A stretch of 64,000 bases of DNA from Bacteroidia bacterium (GTDB taxonomy: Bacteria > Bacteroidota > Bacteroidia > 2-12-FULL-35-15). The DNA lies in assembly GCA_036386835.1 (NCBI GenBank), contig DASVUX010000003.1, forward strand, positions 8,552 through 72,551. The letters run 5' to 3'. The notes under the pieces were generated by a model, which saw only the letters and a program-made list of their open reading frames with translations, was not told the origin of the DNA and made no database searches. Positions 9,122 to 18,839 of this stretch are shown here, piece after piece; position 1 is the stretch's first letter; each line of letters starts with the position of its first letter. The position numbers and the translations under genes are program-made.

Positions 9122-11251
9122 ATGAAGAAAATACTACTCCTTGCATTCCTGCTGTCCGGCCTGCTGATCAGCGCACAAAGCAAAATGAATTTTGACCTTG
9201 CAAGAAAATTAAAAGAGCAGCCTCATTCAACTGACAACATCAATGTATTTATCAGTGGGAACAAGGATGTTATAAAACAACTCTGTACCGCTAACGGTGG
9301 GGTTTTCCGTTATTCCTCCGGAGATATTTCCACCGTTTCCGTACCTGTTTCTTCCCTGGGTATTTTCGCAGCGAACAGGCACATACAACGTATTGAAGCC
9401 TATACTCCACGTACAAAGCCATTAAATGACACCATGGTGATCCAGACAAATACAGCCCTGGTTCATGCCGGAGCCGCCCCCCTGGCCCAGGGTTATGATG
9501 GCAGCGGTGTGGTAATAGGTATCATCGACACCGGGATCGATTTTACCCATCCGGATTTCCGCGACAGCCTTGGAAACAGCAGGATCGACTTCCTCTGGGA
9601 CCAATCGCTGGCACAGGATACCAATACTCCGATGCCTTATAATTACGGGCAGGAATGGACGAATATCCAGATCGACAGCGGGCTCGCTTCGGCACATAAC
9701 GACCTTAATTATTCGGGACACGGTACCCACGTAGCCGGAATCGCGGTTGGGAACGGACTTGCAACAGGAACACATACAGGTGTTGCCCCCAAAGCGGATA
9801 TCATTGTAGTAGCCATCGATTTCAGCAGCAACTCTTCCACCCTGATCTCGGATGCTGTGGATTATATTTACTCACGCGCTGCTGCAATGGGGAAACCATG
9901 TGTTATTAATGCGAGCCTTGGTGACTATTATGGCTCACATGACGGCCAGGACCTGCAGGCGCAGATGATCCGCAGCATGATCGACTCGCAGGCGGGACTC
10001 GCTTTTGTTGCAGCGGCAGGCAACGGGGGAAATGTTCCTTTTCACCTTGGATATACTGTAACCACTGATACCAGTTTCACCTACGTAGAGCCTTCAGGGT
10101 CTTCTGCCTACATTCAAATGTGGTCGGATTCTGCTGATTTCAGTAATGTAAGGTTTTCAATCGGTGCCGACCAAATGAGCCCGTTTTCAAAGCGGGGACA
10201 TCTTCCTTTCTCCGGCATCAATGATCATCTCGGGATCCTCAGGGAAGATACGCTCTATAACAATGGCAACCGGATAGGCCGCGTCCTTAGCTATGGCGAC
10301 CAGATCAACGGTACTTATTCCATGGAGTTTGTTATTTATCCCGATTCAGCCTCCTACAACTGGCGGTTAATGACTACGGGCAGCGGAACTTTTGATGCAT
10401 GGACCTTTGACCTTTATTCGGGCATGCTACCTTCCGCATCCTCTATGCCCGACAGTATCTTCTATAAGCTTCCCGACAATAACAAAACCATCGTGAGCAG
10501 CTTTCTTTGCCTTGACAATGTAATTGGGGTCGGCAATTATACTAACCGCAAAACATACATCGATTACAACAATACTGTTTATGTGAACACGGCTACCAAT
10601 GCAGGTGAACGCCATGCGACTTCCAGCATCGGGCCTACCCGTGACGGCAGGATCAAACCTGAGATCTGCGCACCGGGCGACAATACGCTGGCAGCGGTTG
10701 TGCTTGCAATTGCGCCATCCATTATTGCAAACTATCCTGATGCACTGGCGCTGGGTGGATTTCATGTACGCAATGGTGGCACTTCTCATGCGAGTCCCTG
10801 CGTTGCAGGTATAGCTGCATTGTACCTGCAGAAGAACCCGAATGCAACAGCTATGGATGTAAAAAAAGCAATTGTCAACTGCCCGATCAGGGACTCATTT
10901 ACCGGCTCCGGGCTTCCTGATAACTACTGGGGTTACGGCAAAGTGGATGCAATGGGAGCGCTGACCTGCTCCCTGACAGGCACAGATGAGAATGAGCTTG
11001 CCGGATCAGCCTTTGCTGTTTATCCTAATCCTGCGATAAGCGGTACTCTTCTGAATATCAGCTTTCCATCACTGCAATCTGCAAATACCAATGAATTACG
11101 AATTTATAACACCCTCGGCAAGCTGGTGAAAATACTGGCACTGCAGGGAAAAGAGTCTTCATTCCGCACTGAATTAGGCACAGGACTTTACTTTTGCAGT
11201 CTTGTGGTGAACGGCAAGCCCGGAGCATCAAAAAAATTGATAATTTTGTAA
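9122..11251 (+). CDS. S8 family subtilisin-like serine peptidase with T9SS C-terminal sorting domain
   Basis: Catalytic D (IGIIDTGID), H (HGTHVAGIA), S (GTSHASPCVAGIAAL). Signal peptide. C-terminal FAVYPNPAISGTLLNISF...GLYFCSLVV CTD. Confidence 0.85.
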   Translation: MKKILLLAFLLSGLLISAQSKMNFDLARKLKEQPHSTDNINVFISGNKDVIKQLCTANGGVFRYSSGDISTVSVPVSSLGIFAANRHIQRIEAYTPRTKPLNDTMVIQTNTALVHAGAAPLAQGYDGSGVVIGIIDTGIDFTHPDFRDSLGNSRIDFLWDQSLAQDTNTPMPYNYGQEWTNIQIDSGLASAHNDLNYSGHGTHVAGIAVGNGLATGTHTGVAPKADIIVVAIDFSSNSSTLISDAVDYIYSRAAAMGKPCVINASLGDYYGSHDGQDLQAQMIRSMIDSQAGLAFVAAAGNGGNVPFHLGYTVTTDTSFTYVEPSGSSAYIQMWSDSADFSNVRFSIGADQMSPFSKRGHLPFSGINDHLGILREDTLYNNGNRIGRVLSYGDQINGTYSMEFVIYPDSASYNWRLMTTGSGTFDAWTFDLYSGMLPSASSMPDSIFYKLPDNNKTIVSSFLCLDNVIGVGNYTNRKTYIDYNNTVYVNTATNAGERHATSSIGPTRDGRIKPEICAPGDNTLAAVVLAIAPSIIANYPDALALGGFHVRNGGTSHASPCVAGIAALYLQKNPNATAMDVKKAIVNCPIRDSFTGSGLPDNYWGYGKVDAMGALTCSLTGTDENELAGSAFAVYPNPAISGTLLNISFPSLQSANTNELRIYNTLGKLVKILALQGKESSFRTELGTGLYFCSLVVNGKPGASKKLIIL

Positions 11252-11542
11252 TTGTTAAATCATAGGACCTTGGAAAAAAAGCTGAATATTATCGGGTATA
11301 TCTGTGTTGGATTTGGAATTCTTGCGGCATTGCTCTGCGTGATACCTGTAGCTTTCGGAGTGTTTTATGCGGTATTTGCAGGATTCCTCGGAATGGTAAG
11401 CTCTTCCGTGTATGTATTTATAGATACCAAGCATGAGATCAGCAAAAAAAGGCTTACACCCGGTGTTTACGGGATGATCCTGAGTTCGATCCCCATCCTG
11501 TTCATGCTTGCAATTGTTGTTATCGCCAAACTGAACCAATAG
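11252..11542 (+). CDS. Small integral membrane protein, hypothetical
   Basis: 96-aa ORF with three hydrophobic helices, directly upstream of the UbiA gene. Confidence 0.35.
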   Translation: MLNHRTLEKKLNIIGYICVGFGILAALLCVIPVAFGVFYAVFAGFLGMVSSSVYVFIDTKHEISKKRLTPGVYGMILSSIPILFMLAIVVIAKLNQ

Positions 11543-11546
11543 ACCT

Positions 11547-12422
11547 GTGCCTGCAAAAACCATAAACAATTATCTTTCACTTGTCAAGTTCAGCCATACG
11601 ATCTTTGCTTTACCATTCGCGATCATCGGTTATTTTCTCGCCATTACATATACAGGGAAGGCTTTTGACCTGAAGCTGTTCGGGCTTGTCCTGCTTTGCA
11701 TGGTGTTCGTGAGAAGCGCAGCAATGGCCTTCAACCGTTATATTGATCGTGAAATAGATACCGAGAACGAACGGACTTCAATAAGAGAGATCCCGGCAGG
11801 AATAGTAAAACCGACAGCAGCCCTCATATTTGTTTTCGTGAATTGCGTGCTGTTCGTTACCACCACCTTTTTTATCAATGAGCTTTGCTTTTACCTGTCA
11901 CCCGTGGCATTGATCATTGTGCTGGGATACAGCCTGACTAAACGCTTTACCGCGCTGTGCCACCTGATCCTTGGCGTTGGCCTCTCCCTTGCACCCATAG
12001 GTTCCTACCTTGCAGTGACGGGTGAGTTTGCATTGCTGCCACTGCTCTTCTCTTTTGCCGTATTATTCTGGGTAAGCGGCTTCGATATCATCTATGCATT
12101 GCAGGATGAGGAGTTCGACCGTTCAAAAGAGCTGCATTCCATCCCTGTATGGCTGGGAAAAAAAGGGGCATTAACGCTATCCATTGTATTGCATGTACTG
12201 AGCGCACTTTTCGTGATTTATGCAGGGATCTATGCCGGTTTTAACACGTGGTACTGGATAGGTGCCTGCGTTTTCTGCGGCCTTCTTATTTATCAGCATC
12301 TGCTGGTTAAACCTAATGACCTTAGTAAAGTAAACCTTGCCTTCTTCACTATGAATGGGGTTGCCAGCGTGATCTTTGCTGTGTTTGTGCTGCTGGACCT
12401 CTACATTAATTCAAACATGTAA
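11547..12422 (+). CDS. UbiA family polyprenyltransferase
   Basis: NRYIDREID Asp-rich motif and a second DxxxD region (YALQDEEFD); 8-9 TM helices. Confidence 0.75.
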   Translation: MPAKTINNYLSLVKFSHTIFALPFAIIGYFLAITYTGKAFDLKLFGLVLLCMVFVRSAAMAFNRYIDREIDTENERTSIREIPAGIVKPTAALIFVFVNCVLFVTTTFFINELCFYLSPVALIIVLGYSLTKRFTALCHLILGVGLSLAPIGSYLAVTGEFALLPLLFSFAVLFWVSGFDIIYALQDEEFDRSKELHSIPVWLGKKGALTLSIVLHVLSALFVIYAGIYAGFNTWYWIGACVFCGLLIYQHLLVKPNDLSKVNLAFFTMNGVASVIFAVFVLLDLYINSNM

Positions 12423-12480
12423 ATCTTACATGCTTAAGCGCACTCCTGGTTTTCTAGAAAGAATTCATTTAAAAAGGATC

Positions 12481-12546
12481 ATGAAGTATTCTTCAATCCT
12501 GGTATTTTTTATTCTCATCATTATGTTTTCTGCAATTACAGGGTGA
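12481..12546 (+). other. Out-of-frame N-terminal transmembrane anchor of sanA (MKYSSILVFFILIIMFSAITG*), separated from the body by a frameshift
   Basis: A 21-codon ORF encoding a TM helix ends at TGA 12544-12546. The SanA body (frame 0) begins at GTG 12543. One extra G in the GGG run would fuse them. Confidence 0.45.
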
Positions 12547-13106
12547 TCTCAACAACCAAAGCCCAGATCTTTAATGATGCATCAAAAATTGAAGGAAGAA
12601 CGGTTGGACTGGTACTCGGCACTTCGAAACTAAACCGTTACGGAAAGCCGAACCTTTTCTTTAAATACAGGATAACTGCTGCTGCTGAGCTTTTTAAGGC
12701 CGGCAAGATCAAACATATTATTGTGAGCGGTGATAATTCCCGTTCGGAGTATGATGAAAGCACCGACATGCATGATGCTCTGGTGGAAGCCGGGATTCCC
12801 GACAGCTGTATCACACTTGATTTTGCCGGGTTCAGGACGCTGGATTCCGTTGTACGCTGCCTGAAGATTTTCGGGCAAAAGGATGTCATTATCATTTCCC
12901 AGGAATTTCACAACCAGCGTGCATTATACATTGCGAATTATTACAAGATGAATGCTCTTGCGTTCTCAACGAAGGAAGTTCCGGCTAAATACAGCATCAG
13001 GACCACGCTACGGGAATATCTTGCCAAATGCAAAGCGGTGCTTGATCTTTATGTGCTTCATAAAGAGCCGCATTTTTTAGGGGAAGAAGTAAAAATAAAA
13101 ATCTGA
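12543..13106 (+). CDS. sanA: SanA/YdcF (DUF218) family protein, body domain
   Basis: GLVLGTSKL...HIIVSGDNSRSEYDESTDMHDALVEAGIP...LDFAGFRTLDSVVR aligns with E. coli SanA after its TM anchor. Confidence 0.7.
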   Translation: MISTTKAQIFNDASKIEGRTVGLVLGTSKLNRYGKPNLFFKYRITAAAELFKAGKIKHIIVSGDNSRSEYDESTDMHDALVEAGIPDSCITLDFAGFRTLDSVVRCLKIFGQKDVIIISQEFHNQRALYIANYYKMNALAFSTKEVPAKYSIRTTLREYLAKCKAVLDLYVLHKEPHFLGEEVKIKI

Positions 13107-13121
13107 GAAAACCAATTAGAA

Positions 13122-13901
13122 TTAAACAACCCTCTTCAGCAAACGCAGGCGGTGGGAATAATCCTTCTTTTCATTATTGAAAATTCCGTGATGATCGAAT
13201 CCATCGATCCGTACTTTCCCCGATGCATGAATGATCTTGTTATTGTCCATCACAATCCCAACATGGATAATCCTGCCTTCATCATTATCAAAGAATGCCA
13301 GATCACCTGCTTCTGCCTCTTCTACAAAACTTAAGGTCTCACCCTGCTCTGCCTGCTGGTAAGCATCACGTTTCAGCTTCACACCGTTGATCTTATAAAC
13401 CATCTGTGTAAAACCGCTGCAATCGATCCCAAATGGAGTTTTGCCTCCCCAGAGATATGGCGCATTGAGGTACATCATCGCGATCTCCATGATACCGCCT
13501 TTTGAAAAAGGAAGATGACCGCTGATATAAGCGCCATCATATAAATAGCTATGGTTTTCAACTGCACATTCCCCATTATCAAAATTGGGCAATGAGCTCG
13601 CAATTGTTATAGGGAAAAGCTGTTTGCTGTTGTTGTGCGTTACAACCTGGACAAGCTCGTTGGCAGAGAAGATCTCCGTTGAGTTAATAATATCAAAAGT
13701 ATGCTGCTGTATTGGCTGGAACTGCTTTTTATCGATCCAGCATTCGTAGCTGTCATAAGCATTCCTGATCCTGCACCAGTTTCCAATAATCTCCAGTATT
13801 TCAAAATGATCCCCGAATAAAAGCTGGGTGACCATCTCACTCCGGTCAGAAGGCTCTTTCCGGCAGGGAACTATACTTAGGTTGCAGATTCCAAATTGCA
13901 T
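13122..13901 (-). CDS. NlpC/P60 (C40) family peptidoglycan endopeptidase with N-terminal SH3-like domain
   Basis: Catalytic Cys (GIDCSGFTQMVY) and His (IIHVGIV) motifs. Confidence 0.8.
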   Translation of the reverse strand: MQFGICNLSIVPCRKEPSDRSEMVTQLLFGDHFEILEIIGNWCRIRNAYDSYECWIDKKQFQPIQQHTFDIINSTEIFSANELVQVVTHNNSKQLFPITIASSLPNFDNGECAVENHSYLYDGAYISGHLPFSKGGIMEIAMMYLNAPYLWGGKTPFGIDCSGFTQMVYKINGVKLKRDAYQQAEQGETLSFVEEAEAGDLAFFDNDEGRIIHVGIVMDNNKIIHASGKVRIDGFDHHGIFNNEKKDYSHRLRLLKRVV

Positions 13902-13939
13902 TTAAAGAATTTCAAATTTCAGATTCGTTTGTACTCCGA

Positions 13940-14344
13940 TCATGGATTAACTCCCGATTTAAACTTTACACCCTTGAATTCAGACGCGTTTAAGTATGAT
14001 ATAAAACCTTTTAATTGCTTACTGATGTCCTCGGATTGTAACTTTAAGTTATTAAATTCATCTGAAGTAATATGTTTGCGGTCCAGTGCCCTATAAAGCT
14101 GTGACCTCACTTCTCCACAGGATCCTTTAGCAATACTTAGAAACTGACGAAATTCCAGTTTACCATCCCGCTCATACCCTTCAGCTATATTATCCATAAT
14201 AGAGCCACTTGATCCATTAATTTGATCTCTTAACTTATAATCTTTTTCAAAGCTTCCGCTGGATGTGTGAAAATGAATCTCATGGCAAAGTTTCCGTGCT
14301 TTCTGCCACACTTCCATATCCTCAAACTTTTGTATAGTTGCCAT
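13940..14344 (-). CDS. Four-helix-bundle protein (TIGR02436, 23S rRNA intervening-sequence protein family)
   Basis: MATIQKFEDMEVWQKARKL...SIMDNIAEGYERDGKLEFRQFLSIAKGSCGEVRSQLY is diagnostic. The true start is the internal ATG; the upstream ORF extension is spurious. Confidence 0.75.
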   Translation of the reverse strand: MATIQKFEDMEVWQKARKLCHEIHFHTSSGSFEKDYKLRDQINGSSGSIMDNIAEGYERDGKLEFRQFLSIAKGSCGEVRSQLYRALDRKHITSDEFNNLKLQSEDISKQLKGFISYLNASEFKGVKFKSGVNP

Positions 14345-14376
14345 ACACAGAATTTGAAATCTGAAATCTGAAATTT

Positions 14377-15555
14377 TTATGCTAATTCCAAAACAACAGC
14401 GCTCGCACCGCCACCACCATTGCAAATTCCGGCAGCACCGAATTTTGCCTTGTTTTGCTTTAATACATGGATCAAAGTCACTATAATACGTGCACCTGAA
14501 CAACCCAAGGGATGTCCTAAAGAAACAGCACCGCCATTTACGTTTACTTTGCTTGCATCCAGCTTCATTTTCTGCATGTTCACCAGGCCAACAGTTGAAA
14601 ATGCTTCATTCAGCTCAAAGTACTCGATATCTTCCATTTTCATCCCGGCTTTGGCAACCGCTTTTGGAACTGCGACTGAAGGAGCTGTAGTGAACCATTC
14701 CGGTGCATGCTCTGCATCAGCGTACCCTCGAAGGATCGCTAAAGGCTTTAAACCCAACTTGTCGGCTTTTTCCTTGCTCATCAGGACCACTGCCGCTGCA
14801 CCATCGTTCATGGTGGATGAGTTTGCTGCCGTTGCAGTTCCTTCTTTCGTGAACGCACCTTTTAATTCAGGGATCTTATCAAAACGGACGTTCTTGTATT
14901 CTTCATCTTCTTTCATCATTACCGGATCACCTTTGCGCTGAGGGATCTCAACCGGAACAATTTCGTCTGCAAATTTACCAGCCGCCCATGCTGCCTGTGA
15001 ACGTTTATAAGACTCGATTGCGAAAGCATCCTGGTCCTCGCGGGAGATGTTGCATTCCTTCGAACAAAGGTCTGCTGCATTTCCCATTGCATAATTGTTA
15101 TACACATCGGTAAGCCCGTCTTTTGCAAGGCCATCGATCATGGAAACGTTCCCGTATTTGTTTCCCCAGCGAAGATTATCACTGTAAAACGGTACAGCGC
15201 TCATGTTTTCCATTCCTCCTGCCACCACAACATCCGCATCACCGCACATGATATTCTGAGCACCGATCATGATCGCTTTCATTCCTGAAGCGCAAACCTT
15301 GTTTACCGTAGTACACTCTACCGTATTCGGCAAGCCTGCAAACATGGCTGCCTGGCGTGCAGGGGCCTGTCCGAGGTTAGCCTGAAGAACACTTCCCATA
15401 TACACCTGCTGAACTTCTTTTGGATCAACACCTGCTTTTGCAAGTGCTCCTTTTATTGCAGCAGCGCCTAATTTTGTGGCAGGGACACCTGCAAATGCAC
15501 CACCAAAACTTCCCATTGGTGTTCTTACTGCTGAAATGATATAAACTTCTTTCAT
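14377..15555 (-). CDS. Acetyl-CoA C-acetyltransferase (thiolase II)
   Basis: MKEVYIISAVRTPMGSFGG N-terminus, active-site Cys region NKVCASGMKA, C-terminal GICNGGGGASA. Confidence 0.9.
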   Translation of the reverse strand: MKEVYIISAVRTPMGSFGGAFAGVPATKLGAAAIKGALAKAGVDPKEVQQVYMGSVLQANLGQAPARQAAMFAGLPNTVECTTVNKVCASGMKAIMIGAQNIMCGDADVVVAGGMENMSAVPFYSDNLRWGNKYGNVSMIDGLAKDGLTDVYNNYAMGNAADLCSKECNISREDQDAFAIESYKRSQAAWAAGKFADEIVPVEIPQRKGDPVMMKEDEEYKNVRFDKIPELKGAFTKEGTATAANSSTMNDGAAAVVLMSKEKADKLGLKPLAILRGYADAEHAPEWFTTAPSVAVPKAVAKAGMKMEDIEYFELNEAFSTVGLVNMQKMKLDASKVNVNGGAVSLGHPLGCSGARIIVTLIHVLKQNKAKFGAAGICNGGGGASAVVLELA

Positions 15556-15717
15556 AATATATAAAATATAGATTTTGTTTGGATAGAGATTTAACGGCAC
15601 AAATTTACGCAATATTCGTGTGTTAACCAAAGCGTCCGGGCACAATAACAGATTATGGACAGATTATGAAAAATGCACGTTATTTTGGTTATTTTCGCAT
15701 AGCAAAACTGCAGGCCC

Positions 15718-17787
15718 TTGAAAAAAGTTGTTTCCGTTATCCGCCATTCGCACCCAGAGATCTACAAGGCGATCCTGTTTCTTATTGCGCTTGCCGTTAT
15801 TGTTTATGTGTTCCCGAAACAGGGCAAGTTCAAATATGAATTCCAGAATCTCAAAGGAAAACCCTGGTACCATGAAGACCTGATAGCGCCATTCGACTTC
15901 GCGATAAAAAAAACGGCTGAAGAGCTGAACCGGGAAAAAGCAGAGGTTATAAAGAATGCAAAACCCTACCTGCGCTATGATTCCACCATCCAGAAGAAAA
16001 GATCAAAAGCCTTTGAAGATGCGCTGGCCGCCAGCTGGAGCAAAAAAAACTCCGACTATCTCCGCCAGCGGACCCTTGCTTTCGGCAAGGAACTGATCGA
16101 CAGTATTTACTCGAAAGGAATTGTCGCACCGGCAGATGAGCTTGAAAAAAAGCCGCTGGATTATTCTGTCTTCCTGCTTAAAGGGAATATCGCGGAAGAG
16201 CATGAGCTGAACGATTTTTATACCGTTAAATCCGCTTATGAGTATATTGAAGATGAACTCTTCGAATCAAAGATCACCGATGTGGACCGCATTCTCCCCC
16301 TGCTCGAAAATGCCATTGCCCATAATATATTCTTTGATAAGGAAACAACCGAAAAAGTGCTTAAGCAGTCGATAAACGACATTGCACCTTCACGCGACAT
16401 CATCCTGAAAGACCAGAGCATTGTTTCAAAAGGGGAGATCATCACCGCTGAAAAATTCCAGGTCCTTGAATCGCTCCGGATCGAATATGAAGAACAATCC
16501 AACGGTACCGGGAATTATCTTTTTATAGTCCTCGGGCAAATAATCGTGATCGTGATCTGCCTGAGCGTGCTTGCGGCTTTCCTGATGTTCTTCCGGAAGG
16601 ACATTTACCAGGACAACGGCAAAGTCACTTTCATCCTCATGCTTGTAGTGTTGCAGGTGATCATGGCGCACTTCTCCATCAACCTGAATTCATATTCATT
16701 CAATATTTACATTCTTCCTTTCTGTATCCTGCCTATCATCATCCGCGCATTCTATGATACACGTGTAGCGCTTTTTGTTCATATAGTAAATGTGCTGATC
16801 ATCTCTTTCATGGCGCCTGAACAGTTTGAGTTCGCGTTCATCCAGCTCCTTGGGGGAATGGTAGCGATCTTCAGTATTGTGAACATGCGCAACCGCTCAC
16901 AGATCTTTGTCTCTGCGGTGCTGATCTTCCTCACCTACAGCGTTTCTTTCATCGGTATAACGATCATTCAGGAAGGCAGCAATGATGTGATCGTATGGTT
17001 TGATTTTGCACGCTTTGGTGTAAGCGCTTTACTGACCCTCTTCTCCTACCCGCTTATCTTTGTCTTTGAAAAAATGTTTGGTTTCACTTCGGATGTTTCC
17101 CTTCTGGAGCTTTCAGACACCAACGGAAAGCTGCTCCGCGAACTGGCTTCCAGGGCTCCGGGAACCTTCCAGCATTCTTTGCAGGTGGCTAACCTTGCCG
17201 AAGAAGCGATCTATAATATCGGTGGAAATTCACTGCTTGTCCGCACGGGCGCCCTGTATCACGACATCGGAAAAATGGAGATGCCGATGTTCTTTATCGA
17301 GAACCAGGTGAACGGCATGAACCCTCATGAGGACCTGAGCTTTGATGAAAGTGCCGGGATCATTATCGCGCATGTGATCCGCGGGATCGAGATCGCGAAA
17401 AAGAATAATCTTCCCGAACAGATCATTGATTTTATCAGGACACATCATGGTACTACCATGACGGCTTATTTCTACCGTTCATTCAAAAAAGCTTTCCCTG
17501 AAGAAGAGATCGATGAAGCGAAATTCCATTATCCCGGGCCGATTCCTTTTTCAAAAGAAACTGCAGTTCTCATGATGGCGGACTCTGTAGAAGCTGCTTC
17601 CCGGAGCCTTAAGAAATACGACTCCGAAACCATCGATGCCCTGGTTGAAAAGATCATCAATTCACAGATCGAACAGAACCAGTTCGCCAATGCAGACATT
17701 ACTTTTAAAGACATCAACACCCTGAAGAAGATCTTTAAGAAAAAGGTAATGAACATGTATCATGTACGGGTGGAGTACCCGAGGTAG
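15718..17787 (+). CDS. 7TM-receptor / HD-GYP-like HDIG domain phosphohydrolase (YqfF-like)
   Basis: Seven TM helices in the middle and an HD domain (ALYHDIGK ... THHGT) at the C-terminus. TTG start is tentative. Confidence 0.75.
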   Translation: MKKVVSVIRHSHPEIYKAILFLIALAVIVYVFPKQGKFKYEFQNLKGKPWYHEDLIAPFDFAIKKTAEELNREKAEVIKNAKPYLRYDSTIQKKRSKAFEDALAASWSKKNSDYLRQRTLAFGKELIDSIYSKGIVAPADELEKKPLDYSVFLLKGNIAEEHELNDFYTVKSAYEYIEDELFESKITDVDRILPLLENAIAHNIFFDKETTEKVLKQSINDIAPSRDIILKDQSIVSKGEIITAEKFQVLESLRIEYEEQSNGTGNYLFIVLGQIIVIVICLSVLAAFLMFFRKDIYQDNGKVTFILMLVVLQVIMAHFSINLNSYSFNIYILPFCILPIIIRAFYDTRVALFVHIVNVLIISFMAPEQFEFAFIQLLGGMVAIFSIVNMRNRSQIFVSAVLIFLTYSVSFIGITIIQEGSNDVIVWFDFARFGVSALLTLFSYPLIFVFEKMFGFTSDVSLLELSDTNGKLLRELASRAPGTFQHSLQVANLAEEAIYNIGGNSLLVRTGALYHDIGKMEMPMFFIENQVNGMNPHEDLSFDESAGIIIAHVIRGIEIAKKNNLPEQIIDFIRTHHGTTMTAYFYRSFKKAFPEEEIDEAKFHYPGPIPFSKETAVLMMADSVEAASRSLKKYDSETIDALVEKIINSQIEQNQFANADITFKDINTLKKIFKKKVMNMYHVRVEYPR

Positions 17788-18645
17788 TACGGATAACGAA
17801 TCTTTTTTACGAATTTACGAATCTAAGCAGGTACTGTGCGCTGTCATTTCGAGCGGAGTCGAGAAAGCGCGAAGCATCGGTACGCATAACGAATTTTTTC
17901 GAATTCCGAATCTGAGTAGGCACTGTGCGCTGTCATTTCGAGCGGAGTCGAGAAAGCGCGAAGCCCCGGTACGGATAACGAACTTTACGAATTTACGAAC
18001 CCCGCACATACTTCCTGTTATCCCAAATCATCGGTCATCCCGTGCCGCGCCTGCCCCGGACCCGATCCGGGGACACGGGATCTCTCTGTATTAACACTTT
18101 TTGTCCTATAATGTGCGCTGTCAGGCGAAGAGTTAAATTGTCGTTAAATTGTCGAAGTCTATTTCTCGACTCCGCTCGAAATGACAACTATGATCCTGCA
18201 CTTCAGATGTCACTTCGAGCGAAGCCGAGAAGCGCGAAGCATCGGTACGCATAACGAATTTTTTCGAATTCCGAATCTGAGTAGGCACTGTGCGCTGTCA
18301 TTTCGAGCGGAGTCGAGAAAGCGCGAAGCATCGGTACGGATAACGAATCTTTTACGAATTTACGAACCCCGCACATACTTCCGGTGATCCCAAATCATCA
18401 GTCATCCCGTGCCGCGCCTGCCCGGACCCGATCCGGGGACACGGGATCTCTCTCCGTATTAACAGTTTTGTCCTGTAATGTGTGCGCTGCCAGGCGAAGA
18501 ATTAAATTGTCGAAGTCTATTTCTCGACTCCGCTCGAAATGACAACTATGATCCTGCACTTCAGATGTCCTTTCCTATTCCAGTGATTCCAAATCATCGG
18601 TCATCCCGTGCCACGACACGGGTTCTCTCCGTATCACCAGGTTTC
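17788..18645. repeat. Complex intergenic repeat array: ~365-bp unit tandemly duplicated (~2.3 copies), built from direct and inverted copies of a ~45-nt hairpin element
   Basis: gcatcggtacgcataacgaattttttcgaattccgaatctgag... recurs at 17874 and 18239. The core gtgcgctgtcatttcgagcggagtcgagaaagcgcgaagc is present at least 4x direct and 3x inverted. The GC hairpin cccggacccgatccgggg occurs twice. Confidence 0.85.
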
Positions 18646-18839
18646 TCCTTTTCTTTTCTCTTGATAGAGGGCAAAGATCCAGTGGACCTTTGAGCCAGCC
18701 GGTGGGTTGAAACAAAAGATCAAGAACCATCGATTGCTTCCCATAAGCTAAACGGCATCGCGATGGTTCAATCCTTGCGCGCGGCTTCGAAATTATAATT
18801 TTAGAAAACTTAGAAAATCTTTCCGGGTGATAAAAAACA

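Noticed and set aside
14377-15645. N-terminal 30-codon extension of the thiolase ORF (MCPDALVNTRILRKF…)
   Set aside because: The conserved thiolase N-terminus MKEVYIISAVRTP begins at the internal ATG (15555); the extension is upstream read-through of the ORF finder.
17788-18645. Possible CRISPR array, suggested by many short recurring elements in a non-coding gap
   Set aside because: Repeats are not evenly spaced identical direct repeats separated by unique spacers. Large ~365-bp blocks are duplicated and copies occur in both orientations. No cas genes anywhere in the window.
17762-18693. Four overlapping plus-strand ORFs (110, 70, 68, 71 aa) predicted inside the repeat array
   Set aside because: Their translations repeat each other (…SFRAESRKREA… twice). 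This is the signature of reading through tandem DNA repeats. No start context or domain.
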